Shown here one piece after another: positions 25,518 through 39,236 of a stretch of DNA of 64,000 bases. The notes beneath the pieces were generated by a model, which saw only the letters and a list, made by a program, of their open reading frames with translations, did not search any database and was not told the origin of the DNA. Positions within the stretch are counted from its first letter, which is position 1, and every line of letters begins with the position of its first letter. This DNA is from Epiperipatus broadwayi (taxonomy: Eukaryota; Animalia; Onychophora): NCBI GenBank assembly GCA_028023455.1, contig JAQFVV010000002.1, positions 5,394,001 to 5,458,000 on the forward strand, written 5' to 3'. A program made the position numbers and the translations under genes.

Positions 25518-26999
25518 GATCTTATCATTGTAGATATTATAAGGCCTTAAATTTAAAATCCTTTACCATTATATTTCAGATTTTGTATCCACCTAAATGA
25601 TGATGTTCGAAATTGCTAAAAGTAAACTTTCTATTCAGAAGGTTTGTCACCTTAAAGTTCTTTTTTTGTTTTGTTTTATTGAAATTGAAAACAAAATTAT
25701 TTTGGGAAAGACTTGTTCTTAGATTACAAATCATCATCATTGTCATATTGCTTAATATTAATATATATTTAAATTGAAACACTTTATTCAAATTTTATTA
25801 ACCATTCAACTTTCGTACATAAATATTTCCTTGAACCAAACTTGTTACTTATATATCTTTGCTTCCTGGTTTACACCTATTTACTGTTAAATGTATATAT
25901 ATATATATAAGCATATTACATTATCAAACAATCTAATCTGTGCAAAATATTACCTTAATAAGGATTTATCTTCTTCAGCATTCCAATCAAATGTTCCACT
26001 ATCAATAAGTTTGAAAAAGTCACCTCTTCTTCTAATTATATTAAAAAAAAAAAGTGACATTTCAATTCTAAATTAACACAGAAAATCATTATCAATTAGT
26101 GAAATATAAGTATTAGTGCAAAACTTAGAGAAATAAGATATTAAGAAAGTCAGTATTAATAGTTATTATCTCAGCAATATTCTAAAGTATTTAAACTATA
26201 ATTTTAAAATTATTTTAAAGAATTGAAGTTGATGTGAATTGAATAAGAATAATTAAATAATTGCAAATAGATATTGAAGTACAAACAAAAAAAAAATCAA
26301 AAGTTGAATTTATTTTACTCAGCTTTAAAAAAATTAATTATTGAATATTTATGAGAAAAAATATAAAATGTTATTTAAATTTGACAATGTGTCATTGAAA
26401 AAAAAAAAAAATCCAATAAATAATTTTAGGGTCAAACTGCCAACATTTACTATTTTTTATTATATATACTCTAGTTATCTAGAGACCCCAGTTTAATATT
26501 TTTAATTATTGTAAGCTTGCAAATAAGTAAGTTTGTTGTATTGAGCTTTAAAGAATTTAATGAGAAGAAAAAATGTTTTAATTATAAAAATTTCATAGTA
26601 GACAATGTGGTCTATGACAACTTTTTATTAAGTTTTCCCTGTATGTTAGTATTTTTCATGACAATTTAAAAAAAAATTTAAACTAATATTCATTTAAACC
26701 CATCTTCATAAGAGCACTTTTACAAACTTAATTAGATATTGATTTGGCATCCACAGTAGCTAAATAACACTATTCTAATTTTTTATTAATTAGTTTTGTA
26801 TACAAAAATGTTTTCCTGTTTCAAATTAACTTCATTAAAAAGCAGTAAACAACTCATAAAAATCAAAACATGCTATTTCTATAATTTTTTTGGTTTTAAA
26901 CATCTGCTATTTATTTAAGAGCAAGTGTCTAGAATTGATATTTCTGAGTGCATGTTTGGAGACTGAAGAAGAAACATTTGTAAAATATAAATAAATATT

Positions 27000-27830
27000 T
27001 TAACAACATAATAGAAATAAAAGAAAAAAAATGTAATTATTAATAAAAAGAAGAATGACATCATAAAATCTTAGAATTTTTTTTACAATGAAATATGTAT
27101 TAATAAAAATAAGTCTCCACATTTTTGACAACTTTTGAAATTATAACTATTCTAACCATAGAGACCTATACAATTAAATCTATGAAAAAAGGACAAGCTC
27201 AACAAAATATTGAAATTATTACAAATATTTTAAAAGAAAGAAATAAAAAAACAGAAAATAAAAATAAATGATTATTTAAGTTGTGTAAATTTTGCAGATG
27301 ACAGTTGTATTCATAAATAATGATTAATTAAGAGTTTGAGATAATGTATAAATTGTTAAATGAAAATAAAAAAGTAAGACTAAAGATGAATGCTAAAAAG
27401 ACTAGTTATGTTGACACTTTCTCAAAAAAGAACATAAAAATTTACATAAATTAGAATTTAATACTTAAAATACTTAGATTCGATTATTATTGCAGATACA
27501 AACATAATAGATGAAATTAATTATAGAATTAAACTTCATGAACGATTTCTTGTAGAAATAACAATATTAGAAGCAAATATGCTTATGGATTTGAGACTTG
27601 GAATAGAAGAGCAATACATAAAGTTGAGTAGAGATATATGTTGTAGACTATAACAGACAGACAATTGAAATTTAAAATTGGAGCTCCAAGAGATAATAAA
27701 AGTGAAATCATGTATGAGATGGATGAAAGAGATAAGACAGTTTGCTAGAATGATATGGAGTAGCTACGAACTGAAGAAATTAAATGAAACCTGGATAGAT
27801 ATTCATCAAGCAGTGAATTGTCAATGATAC
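27000..27830 (+). mobile_element. RTE-clade LINE, decayed RT through 3' end
   Basis: NDYLSCVNFADD (FADD at 27291-27302), VRLKMNAKKT, LKYLDSII, DEINYRIK, YAYGFETW (YGFETW at 27584-27601) and RWMKEIRQFA, all in the expected order. Confidence 0.85.
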
Positions 27831-30429
27831 ATACTATTGCTTATAAAATAATGAATTATCATTTTTTTTTAAAGCATAGAGCATCTGATCTAAAAGCTTA
27901 AAAAGTTTACCAAACTAATATTGCTAAAGGCAAATAGTAGATAAGAGAGTTATGTTTCTCGAAAATTCAATTCATTGTTAATAATTGTTATTTGGAAAGA
28001 AAAAACAACAACTATTCTTTAAAAGTTTCAAATACAGTTTTATCAACTTTTAGACTATATATTAATAAATTATTCATTAATCAGCTATTAAATGTTTCAT
28101 GCATGTGCCAGGATGTCATATTAATTTATAAATAGTGCTTCTAAATTGTTTTTTTTTTTTTACAAAAACTCAGTGTTATTTCTTATTTGCAACATATAAA
28201 TATCTTATGGCAATATATGACAGATCATACTTTTTGTTTAAATGATTAATGAAGGAGCAGTTATTAGCATAATTTTTTTCATATATGAATTAAGTGGTTC
28301 CAAATATCTAAGGGAATACAATTTGATTACCAAATTAAACAGAGTAAATCAGGCTGAAATTGCATTGAGCACATACACACAGATAATAAATAGTCAAAAA
28401 ATTATAAAACCCAGATTTAATTATGCATTAAACATTGATATTATTTTTACTTGAATGGGATAGATATGGCATTTGAGGGGAAATATGAAAAGTAGTTTAT
28501 ACATTTTTTTATTATTATTTTGTCCATAATAATTTAAATAAAGTTACATGTGATTAATAAGTAATAAAACATTGGGGGGATTTACATATTCATAAAAAAA
28601 TGAGTAGGACAATTAACGTCTCATTATTATTCTTTATTATTGTAAAAAGTATCTCCTACAAAAAACGACAGAAAGGTGAATATTACTCAAAGAAGAAAAC
28701 ATTTTATTTTTAATCAACTACCTTTAAATGAATACATGAGAAAAGATTTTATAATCAAAAATATAAAAGAATAGATTTTACAATTAACAAATATAATTTT
28801 GCATATGCAAATTTTTTAGATTAACATATATATATATTTGGAAACTAATTATCATTATTATTATTGGGAATGTCTGAGTGTCATAAGCAAAATGATTTTG
28901 TTATAGGTCTATATGAATGTTACTTACATTTTAAAAATGTCATCTATATGTAATATATATATAAGAACCTAAAGACTTTTGGATAATATAGATAAACTTT
29001 ATTAGATTAATTTAATTCGTTACTGTGTCATATATATATATACAAAGTGTATAGGATAGTTTTATAAATAAAATAAATCAAATATTGACGTAGTTTTAGA
29101 ATATAATTTCTCTTAGAAAATTCTAGTATAATAAAAATATTTCTACACATCTAGATAATTATCTGTTTTTCTCTATGTATGTATGTGTGAATATACATAT
29201 ACACACATTATATTACCTAAAATAGATAGCCAAGTCTGTCGCTAGAATGGCATGTTCCAATAAATTAATAATACGTTGATATTCCTCAGTACTTACATTT
29301 GAGAAAATCTGAGTACCCTGCAAGCAAGAATTGCAAATTATTTTAAAATACAAATATAATTATAAAATAGAAAATCATATAACATTACAATACTAGCTAA
29401 AAAACTAAAATTCTTTCACAATCATAGTTTTATCTATTAACAAATAACCTTTTCAAGTGAAATTCAATAAGATATATACAACATATTTATTTCACTTGAT
29501 GGTTATTTATTTTAAAACCATTATGTTGTCTTTCTTATATATTTTCTCACTGAATTAAATATGTAAGCATAATAAATTGGATAGACAACTATATACTTTA
29601 ATCATATATTTATTTTTATCTAATTGACTTTCATTCAAAATTGAACTATGTCAAGATGTTACATTAATTTTAAATGTCATGTGATTTACATGTCATCTTG
29701 GCACATCCTCTATTGACCAATCTCAACCTAAAAAATATTTTTGTACCTACCAATTCTTATTTAAGGTCAATTTTCCTCCCAACTTTATTGAGTCTTGTAT
29801 TAAGTTCATACATTTCTCTTCATTTTCTTGTATATACATTGTCTCATACACTTTCCTTTCTTTATAATTTCTACAACATTTGATCACTTCAATATTTTTT
29901 CACATTTCATAACATGCCCTATTTCTAAAAAATGGCAAATGGTCCTGACTTAATATCTCTCCTATTTATTGCTTTGTCATGCTCCTTCCCCCTTTCTATC
30001 TTATTTTTCACTGACTGACCTATATATACTATCCTAAATCCCTTACACATAATTTTATAAACTATTCCTATCTTATCACTTCTATGATTTTTCATTTTTG
30101 CATTACTCACTAACTTTTTTAATGATTTACTATTTTTCCATCCTATACCTATATTCTCATTCACCCCTCCTCCATCATTCAGAATTTTATATACCTCCTT
30201 TGAATATGGAATAAAAATCCATTTCTTATTCTTTCATTCATTTTTATTACTAATTTTCTTATATCCATTTCTATCCTTCAATATATTTCTTATAACTCTA
30301 TCATTATATCCATATTCAATGTATTCCTTCTGAATCTACAAATTTTGCTCCTTTTTATTCAGGGTAAGCCTATCATTTTTATACTTTATTCCTTTCAGTA
30401 GCCCCCCCTCCCATTTAAATTTTGGTAAA

Positions 30430-31369
30430 GGCTTACTATAGTGGCCCCAATATGTTGGCCCTCTATTGTTTAAAATTATAACTAAATTGTTTGAAAATCT
30501 TATGTATATGCTACTATATTACAATTACATTAAAAATTTAATCAATGTAAAACATGTATATACTACTATATTACAATTACATGAAAATTTATTCAAATGT
30601 AAAAGATAATAAAAAAAACATTTACCTTTTTAAGCATAATTGTGTCCTATGCATATTAGGAAGTTGGGGAAAAAAGCGGTATTGCTGTGTCTAATCCGGA
30701 AGGCAAATTCATGCAGATACGATGAAAACAAAGCTATGCTGGTACCAGATTGGAATTTCAGCTTACTCTTTGCTCTCATCCACATATTTTCAATATTCTG
30801 GGTGTGTATGCCTTGGTCTTCGGGCTGCACAAAGTTGTCCTGGTGAACGACAACCGAATGCATATACACATCATTGTTGAGACTGCTGATGTTATTGTAC
30901 GCAGCCCAGACATCTGAAATAATGTGCGCACCTGGTAAAATGTACTGCTGTATCAGGCCCTCCAGTATATCAGCCATCCTGTCTGGAACTTCTGTCAATA
31001 AGCACTTTCTTGATACTTTTTCTATATCACCAAAGACCATTTTTTCCAACTATAAAATCGTACACGTGTGCGTGCAATTCGAACTGTTGAACACAGAGGG
31101 TGTCTTTTTTTTGTAACGTGCTATAAATGTAGATAGTTTAAATTCTTAACTTTCTAAATAAATTAAAACTAATTCTTTTAATTAACGTTGTATAATTAAT
31201 CCAACATTCAAATTCTTTAAAAAGGTAAATGTTTTTTTTAATTATGTTTTACATTTGATTAAATTTTAATGTAATTGTAATATAGTAGCATATACGTAAG
31301 ATTTTCCAACAATTTAATTATAATTTTAAACAATAGAGGGCCAAAATATTGGGGCCGCTATAGTAAACC
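30430..31369 (-). mobile_element. Merlin (IS1016/IS1595-like) DNA transposon, internally deleted
   Basis: Long TIRs beginning GG(C/T)TTACTATAG(T/C)GGCCCC: 30430-30633 (with a ~50-bp internal duplication) and 31217-31369. A Merlin transposase fragment lies between. No clean 8-9 bp TSD. Confidence 0.92.
30630..31049 (-). pseudogene. C-terminal half of a Merlin DDE transposase (DDE_Tnp_IS1595-like), 139 codons open
   Basis: VFGDIEK.SRKC.L.EVPDR..LIQQYILPGA.IISD.WAAY...VH..NFV.P...HTQNIENMW.RAK...SYL.EF.FR. The second D and the E are present; the first D (VEIDE) is missing. The stop overlaps the inner TIR edge. Confidence 0.9.
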
Positions 31370-31800
31370 TTTATCTAAATTTTTTATACAATTCTTTAAC
31401 TTAATCTCTCCATTTTTCATTAATAAATCTAAATATTTTACTCCATTATAAATTTAATATTAAATATATTTTTATTTAGTTCATTAAATGCTTTCATTAT
31501 GTTTCTTCTATTTCCTACTACTATTACATCACCTACATGTCTATAGTACTTTACAATTTCCCCCATTTAGTAGCTACTCCCTGTTCAATCCAATCTACCA
31601 TACTTGATGCCATAATCCCACTTATCGAACATTACATTATTCATCCTTTCTCTATATTCCAATATCGATTATATAGACACAGGTATATAATAAGCCTGTG
31701 TTTCAGTTATTCATTATTATATTTTACATACAAGTTTCACTAATTATTATTAATATCTCTTCTATTATCTTTATCCATTCCTTTAAAACTTTCCCCTCAT

Positions 31801-33135
31801 TTTGGATTAAGCAGGGAATAGTTACTAAAGATATTGGGAATGGCAAAATTATAAAATACTATAGATATAATGATGTAATAGTAATAGAAGAAGCATAATG
31901 AAAGCATTTAATGAACTACACCTGGGTCTCGTTTTATGCGGATTATTTTAATGCGATTTTGAAGTTATGTGATTCATGTTTCTTCTTAATATCTTTTATA
32001 TTTCACTATATTTATTAGATATCAAACAATTTAAATTATTAATAACTTATTTTGACTTGAAATACTTTTTTTTTCTCAAAAATATAATGCTATATTAGCA
32101 GCTAACATGAATATAGCATAAAGCTGTATTTAGAATCTTAGCTTCTATGTAAATAACCTAAATAATAATAATAGATTTATACTTAATATAAAAATATTGC
32201 AATAAATATTCAAAAATTTTAAACTTTTAAAATGTATTTTGTTAGATATAACAGAAATAAATAATTTTTTAGATTGTTAAAATAAATAAAGAAGATTTTA
32301 TTGATTTTGTAAACTGAAAATAATCTTTCTAATGATAATGTACAATCATTTTGTTTTGATTGCGATCTCATTTTTTTAATATGAAACAGAAAACCATTAA
32401 CACAGGACAAGACTGAAAATGGCGCTAGTTGTACATCATATCACAAATGTGATTTCTTACCAGTTCACAAATGAATGCACATTGTCAAACAGTGGTAATG
32501 ATTAAAATATGTATGAAAAAAATATAAAATTAAATTCTATAGTTAATAAAAAAAGTTTGTTGTGTATTAATTTTTTTCAAATATTTGAAATTTTTTATTA
32601 GTCATACTTTATTTCCTTATTTTTTTAATGTGAATTTTAAAGTAATTTTTCATTGTTGCTTTGCTTTTATGCGATTTCTGTGTGCGTTTTCTGAGGAATC
32701 TATCTACCGCATAAAACGAGAGCCAGGTGTAAATAAAAATATGTTTAATATTAAATTAACAATGGAAAATAATAAAAAAGGAGCAAAATATTTAGATTTA
32801 TTAGTGAAAAAGGAAGAGAATTGAGAGATTACAACAAAACACTGTATAAATAATAAAAATGTCAGGGCAATGATACATTGAAAATCTTATCAACCTTGGT
32901 ATCAAAAAATAGGGATACTGAAAGAAATAAACGAAAAAAATGATAGGCTTACGTTGAATAAAAAGGTGGCAAAGGAAGTTGCAGATCCAGAAGAAATACA
33001 GTGAATATGGATATAATGGTAAGGTTATATTTGAGGGATAGAAGAGGATATAAGAAAGTTAGTAATAAAAATGAAAAAAAGAATAAGAAATGGATTTCTA
33101 TTGCATATTTGAAAAAGATATATAAAATTCTGAAA
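31801..33135 (+). mobile_element. Second PLE copy, head-to-head with the minus copy, interrupted by a MITE
   Basis: WIKQGIVTK..KYYRYNDVIVIEE at 31801-31898 is the inverted match of 31480-31600. It resumes after 32731 (KYLDLL) and matches the reverse complement of 30190-30410 through 33135. Confidence 0.85.
31919..32729. mobile_element. pogo/Tigger-like MITE with TA target duplication
   Basis: TIR cacctgg(g/c)tctcgttttatgcgg (22/23 identical); TA at 31917-18 and 32730-31; the host PLE sequence rejoins across it. Related copy at 56.8-57.9 kb. Confidence 0.9.
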
Positions 33136-33249
33136 AATAGGAAAGAAAAGAGTTTACATATTAATTGTATTATTGTCTATTATTTGTTACTTCATATATA
33201 TATCAACAAATCTTTCTGACATTTTTTCATTCTCACAGATCTCTTTAAA

Positions 33250-34000
33250 AGCAAAAATAAGTTTTTGTGTAGAAATCTTTTTAGTCTTCATATTCTTTAT
33301 AATTATTGCTTGGAAGTCTATAAAAAGCATCAGATAACAGTGATTTCTCCTCATTTTAACAATTTCTATGCAAGTGCCAAGTGGCCAATGTATGAGATAT
33401 CAGTGCAAACAGATTCCCAACACAAATTTCTAATTGAATTTCTAGTAGATATATAGTTTTGTAAAAGCTTGCCAATATATAGTTTTGCAAGAGCCTGTCA
33501 CACCAATTTATTATGCCATTTAATTGGATATCTTAAAAATTCCAGCAGTATGAGGTTTAAAATCAACTATTTTGCCAGTTTATTTTCCTGTTTATCATCA
33601 GATGTTTACTTTTATCTTACAATATTATTATATCAGCAAATTTATATATATAATTAGATATTAAATAACTTCTTCAAATTATCTTAATCTGCATTAAAAT
33701 TAAATAGCAATGGTAATCTTTTCACATTCTGTAACAATTAGATAAATTTTATAATTGTTCTCTCATCAAATAGTTTGTTGTATTGAAAGTTTACAAGAGA
33801 AACAGTGATTTGGAAGAATATAATTTTTTCATTATTTTTTATAGATTAGTCGCTTTGTACATTTTAGTGCAGTGGTAGAATGACAAGAGTGAGAGTTAAA
33901 GATCTTTCTGTCAGAGCTAATCTATTATTTTCAATGCTTGAATCTTTTCAAATAAACATCCATTCAATTAAAATATACTTTATATGATGTCTGTCTTTGC
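33250..34000 (-). mobile_element. Very decayed piggyBac-like (PGBD4-type) transposase remnant
   Basis: Minus strand MKKLYSSKSL, TGKIVDFKPHTAG (TGY...F..YTG-like) and QNYISTR...VCT (DNYYTS...CGT-like) in the expected order; many stops. Confidence 0.3.
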
Positions 34001-34691
34001 CTTCATTAATTCGATTATACAAATATATATTTATATATCCAACATACATTTCTTTAGTTTTTAATTTTCAAGAAATTAGAAATAAAATAATTCCATATCG
34101 TACTCAAGAGCGCCTTCCATAGTGTTTGTGTTAAAAATTAAGTATAATATATGTGCATCATGATAAACACATTTATGTAATTTTTTCATTATTAAACTTT
34201 TATTTTTTTAAATATTGCAAATAAATTGATTGATAATGTCAATATCAATTTAAATGATTAACTGTTTTATTATGTAGTAATAAAAAAGACGATTATATAA
34301 AGTTATTAATTTCCTCTTAATGTTTTACTACAATCGAAGTTACATAAGATAATTATTTGTTTTTGCTTTTCATACTTCAATGAATAAAATGAAGTCCATT
34401 AAATATTGAATATATAAAATGAACATTTATTTTTTCATTTTTTTTTCTAAAAACTTAAAATTACTAAGATTAATTAAATTAAAAAATAAATCAAAGGGAA
34501 TAAAAAAATAAATGGAAGAAAAAAATTGAAAACTAAAAACCTTCACATTTTAAAAATGTATTATAAATTTGCTATGTTCTCCATGAGTATCTCAAACGAT
34601 ATCAGCTGGGTAAGTAGAAAAGTGATTAAGAACTATTTGACTTGTGGGCTAAATTATCCTCATATAGCACAAACATATAAATATAGTTCTA

Positions 34692-35020
34692 TGTTTTAGA
34701 CCCTCTATTTGCTAGTATTATACACACACAAAACAACTCAGATAGACGTCTTAACTTAGACTGGTCATTTCCATTTATCTGTGCATATGCAAGGTTCTGG
34801 CTTAACTCATGCTTATTTCTCTCTTGCTACAACTTCATTCTTGCTCAACTTAACTCATGCTTATTTCTCTCTTACTACAACTTCATTCTTGCTCAACTTT
34901 CAATCTATTGATTGCTATCAGTTCATTTACATAATAGGTCTAATTAGCATATATCAACTTTATTTATTATTCACTTTATTAATATATATGCTGAAAATAA
35001 TAATGTGCTCTCTACACACA
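34692..35020 (-). repeat. Putative 3' LTR of the minus-strand Gypsy, containing a 2 x 48-bp tandem duplication (34802-34897)
   Basis: On the minus strand a PPT-like ggggaaaatagggt is followed by TG... and ends ...aaaaca. No second LTR is available to confirm the boundaries. Confidence 0.4.
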
Positions 35021-36946
35021 ACCCTATTTTCCCCATAAACTTTATTTACAATAATATATAAGTATATGTGCATAGACAGTCCATACCTCTCCTCACACTA
35101 GAAAATAGTCCTTCAATCTCTCAAGCTTTCTATGATTTTTCACACAACTAGGTAGAACACAGGTTTCTTTGCACCATGATCAGCAATAATGTCAGTTTGA
35201 TCTGACAGTTTCTGTGACAAAACACCCTCCCTCATTTCAATAGCACCATCATCTAATTGGGTGTTTGCTTCATCAGATTGACTATTAATCAGCATTTTCA
35301 CATTTTGTTCTGCTGAGGAAGTATCAAAACAATATTTACTTTCAGTACATATTGTTTTTGTATTGGCTGGTGTAAGTTTGTAGTTTACTACATTTGGCAT
35401 ATAGTCCATTCTCTATCTTATTACTCTAATGGCTTAAAATACAACAATAATGATACTAGGAATCCATTTCTTTTTCTAACAGATCTCTGGTCCATACTGT
35501 TTCACCCATTACACATTTTCCAAAGTTTACTTTGGAATTCTCATCTAAATGTTTTTTCTAATTTACATTATTCACTGGTAATAGTGTGATATTTCTGCTG
35601 CAATAATAATCATGCTAGAATTTTCAACATAGTAGCACTCAGAATAAAGCATTGGTAAAACACAACTACCAAGGCTTCCTTAATATTTTTAATTCATGTT
35701 TTCTTGAGCATTGACTTTAGATATTGCACAGTCTCCTCAGCCAACCTATTTGATTCTAGATGATAGGGCAGAATGAAAATATGGTATATTTCTTTATCCA
35801 TCGAGGTAAATCCAATTTGGTTGTCTGGCATTATAGTTTCAGGGTAACCTTGGCAAGCAAAAACTTCTAAAAACTCTAATTATGCACTCCATGCTAGTGC
35901 TCATGCAAGCTTGATATTAAGCCCAACGAAAATAAGTCTAGAACAATTAAAAACAAGTATCCATTCACTGAACCAGCAAAATCTATATATATTCCCTGTG
36001 AAAGGATTTTGGGTCTACCCCAAGATTTAAAAGTCTTTTTAGATGAATCCACTATAGACTAGCATTCAAAATAAATTTTTTTACTGTCTTCCTAATCTCT
36101 TGACCTAATTTAGGCCATCAAACATATGTTTGTGCCAAAGATTTCATGCATCTGATGCCTGGTTGTCTTATGCAGCAAAACTTGCTTGTAATTCTCAGTT
36201 AGCATGTGCACATGGTCAGTCATCAAATTGCACCCATTGCATACTGATAAGCTTTGATAGTCATTCCTTATAGGCTTGGCAACTTAGTTTGACTGGCTTT
36301 TTGGTCATTGCAATCAAATTAAATTTTTAAAATTCTTTTCAGTCACAATCCTGATTAGTCCATACAATAACTTCAGTGCTGTTAAATTTTTCTGAGTTCA
36401 TTATGTCAATAAAGTTTACCCCTGTAAAATTCCACTGCACTTCAATAGTAACTGATAAAAGTAATAAAGCATCTGTGTATCCAATCACCTTACAAGACTT
36501 AAATTTCATATGTAGCTAATATATTAAATCATTGGATTAGTCTCCGGCTGGCACATTCAGATTGAAAATTCTATGTGTATACAGTAAAAATTTTCTCACA
36601 CAAATTGATAGAATTTTTTATTTATTGAAAATATAAAAGCTAAGTCTTCTTATATAACTGACTATAGTTTTGTTCAACAGATATTAAGGTCTTTGAGGCA
36701 TACTCCATCAGATGTTTGCCTTCAAAACAGCTGGGAGAGATAACAGTTCCAAATATGAATATAAAGTGTTGTGATTATAATCATTTCCAGGTTGCTACAG
36801 TAATGTACAGGAATTGGTTAAACAATAAATCCTTCAATTTTTGAAAAGCTACGTTGTGTTTCTCTTTTCATCTCCATCATTGACCTTTCTGCACAGAACA
36901 TAAAGGTGTTAGAACATACCATTTTCCTTTAAGAAAACTCTCAAAT

Positions 36947-37205
36947 GTTGGAGTTCGGAGTATATTGAAGCCTGTCCATTAAAGTATGAAGATTTTCTAT
37001 CTTAATATAAAAACTGAGCATTGATTATATATATATGGGAGATGATAATCTGGACCAATTGATGAGTGCTGATTTAGCATGAAATACATATATTGTTGAT
37101 TATTTTATCTTTTCTGCATGTATGTAGTCATGTTGTATCAGTTGTATGAGATAATGTGGATAGTTGAAGGGTGCTTGAAAATCTGAGGTCAGAACCCTTA
37201 TACTT
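36947..37205 (+). mobile_element. PLE family C 3'-end insertion within Gypsy pol, carrying an HHR motif at 37054-37097
   Basis: Homologous to 61815-62050; splits the Gypsy RT/RNaseH junction. HHR: ACCAA TTGATGA GTGC-tgattta-GCAT GAAA TA-ca-TA TA TTGTT. Confidence 0.8.
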
Positions 37206-39236
37206 ACTCATAAATATTCAGTAATCCTAGGAAGGCTTATAAATCCTTAACATTCACAACTCTGGCACATTTTTGATAGCTCTAACTTTTTCAGTTTAAG
37301 ATATTTCCTTTATTTAGTGATAACATGTCCGAAAAATTTGATCTTCCAGATAGTCGATATGTACTTTGCACTATTCAGCCTAGCACTAACTTAGTCTAAT
37401 TTTGAACAGGCATCCATGATACAATTCATTGCTCAAATTGGGCAGTAATAAGTATGTCTTCCAGATATGGAATAATTCTTTGAATGTCTTGGAACAAAGC
37501 ATCCATTTTCACTTGGAAGAGGTTGTGAACGACTGTAATGCCACATGGCAGTTTATTACATTTAATAAGTCCTACATAAATCCTAATGGTTATTAACTCC
37601 ACTGTTCTTTTGGTGACAACGATTTGATAAAAAGCAGACTTTATCTTAGCAAAGATTAATACTTTCTGTAGCAAGGCTAAAACTTCAAACACACTTGGCA
37701 GAGGATAAGTTCCTTTATCGATATATTTATTAAATGCGATGTGGTAATCTCCACAAAGACAAATAACTGTTTTGCTTCATTATCACTACCACAATGGCCC
37801 ACAATAAGTATTCTGTAGACAAACATCCATTTTTCAAGACCTATCTTTAATCATTTCTTATATGGAACTGTATGTGGTTTTAAACACAATAGATTGGGCA
37901 TCCCTCAATAACTCTATATCCACCATCCATGTCTTAAGTTCTGCTAATCCTGATTTGTTTTAAATAGTCAGGGAAACTTGTCTTTTAACTTCTGTTTCCA
38001 GTTGTACTTTCTCAATTATCAGAAAACATATTGCTAATAATTGAAACCAGTTTTGATCTAGTAAAGGATTTATGTTCACCATCACTATTAACAAAGTTAT
38101 CATATTAATTCTGGTATTAAACTTTACTGGTACCATCACTTTATCACAAAATACTATTGTATTTCTATTTATATCTGTGGCTAGTACATGAGTATTTTCT
38201 AACTTTCATTTGTTTATTTTTACCACTAATAAAAATCGAATCTTTTAGTGATAATATTGATACTTGTGCTGTTGTAAACTTCCATATTTCTTTTCTTTTC
38301 ACACATCTAACATAATGTGACCATTAATTGTTGATATCTATTTTTCTGACATCTTTTTTACTTCTGATTCCATCACCCCTAGATTTAATGTCTAGGCATG
38401 GATTAGCTTTTATATTTGTCTTTTTGATAGCTGACACAAGCTGTCATTTTATATTGCACATATACACTTATCCTTTTTAAATTTGCAATTTTTTTTTACT
38501 GTGCCTGTTTGCACCACAGCAACAACAAGTCAACTTTTGTAGCTCCTGTGCTAACAACTTGTCCTTTATTCACATAAGTCGAGTTATTCTGCACACTCAT
38601 TGAAGCTTGAAATTCTGATGCATTATCAACATAGTCTCTTGTGCAATACTCTCTGCAATTGCTATTTTATGTATCAGGTCTGATTCGCATAATAAAAAAC
38701 ATTCTGAACAACTGTTGGTCCAATAATATGGCTTCTACCTTGGCGGCAATTGTTTAGCAAATATTTGCAGTGGTGATGTGGTCATGAGATGATTATTTCC
38801 ACATTTAAAAAGGAAGATACCCAACTATTTAGACACGACTGGCTGAAAACAAACACTCAAATTTTTTAATAGATCTTGGCATAAAATGTCTTTGGAATGT
38901 TCATGATCATATATTTGTTTAGCTATTTGTAAAACATCACTATCAGCAAAATGTAAGAGAAGAGACCTTTTTAATTTTGTCAACTTTATTTATGAATATG
39001 TAGTGCTTGTTGTATTTGATATATATATATATATTCCAGGTTGCAGTGTTACTTACATCAAATTCACAAATATTATGACTAGGCAATGTCATCATTAATG
39101 TTAATACAATTTCTCTTGGTTTAACACATATATACAGATTCCACCAATCAGTTTTGACCACTTGCTGTTACATTTCCCACATCTAGGTTCAATTGTTGGA
39201 TGTGCCACTCTGCAATATTTTCAGGATATCTTAAGC

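Larger units (their letters stand above)
29420..31800 (-). mobile_element. Penelope-like element (RT to GIY-YIG to pLTR), interrupted by Merlin
   Basis: Minus strand: SGIMASSMVDWIEQ and YYRHVGDVIV (YVDD motif) at ~31520-31630; KYLDL; GIY-YIG ORF 29925-30164 GIVYKIMCKG..VYIGQS..ERGKEH; CTTGAAAAGG pLTR-like motif at ~29450. Confidence 0.85.
34692..39230 (-). mobile_element. Decayed full-length Gypsy (Mag/K02A2.6-like) retrotransposon: gag, PR, RT, RNaseH, IN
   Basis: gag EFDVSNTATWNIY (~39050) and CCHC remnants; RLCGDYHIAFN..YPLP (~37750); RT ORF 37426-37692 KLPCGI..FQ..MD..YLEDILI; HNVAFQKLKDLL; YASKTL..EQNYSQL (RNaseH); IN GYPETIMPDNQ..FTS and SALSSRIK*VG*GDC (SAPYHP.SNG-like). The 5' end abuts a hAT end at 39237. 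Confidence 0.88.
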
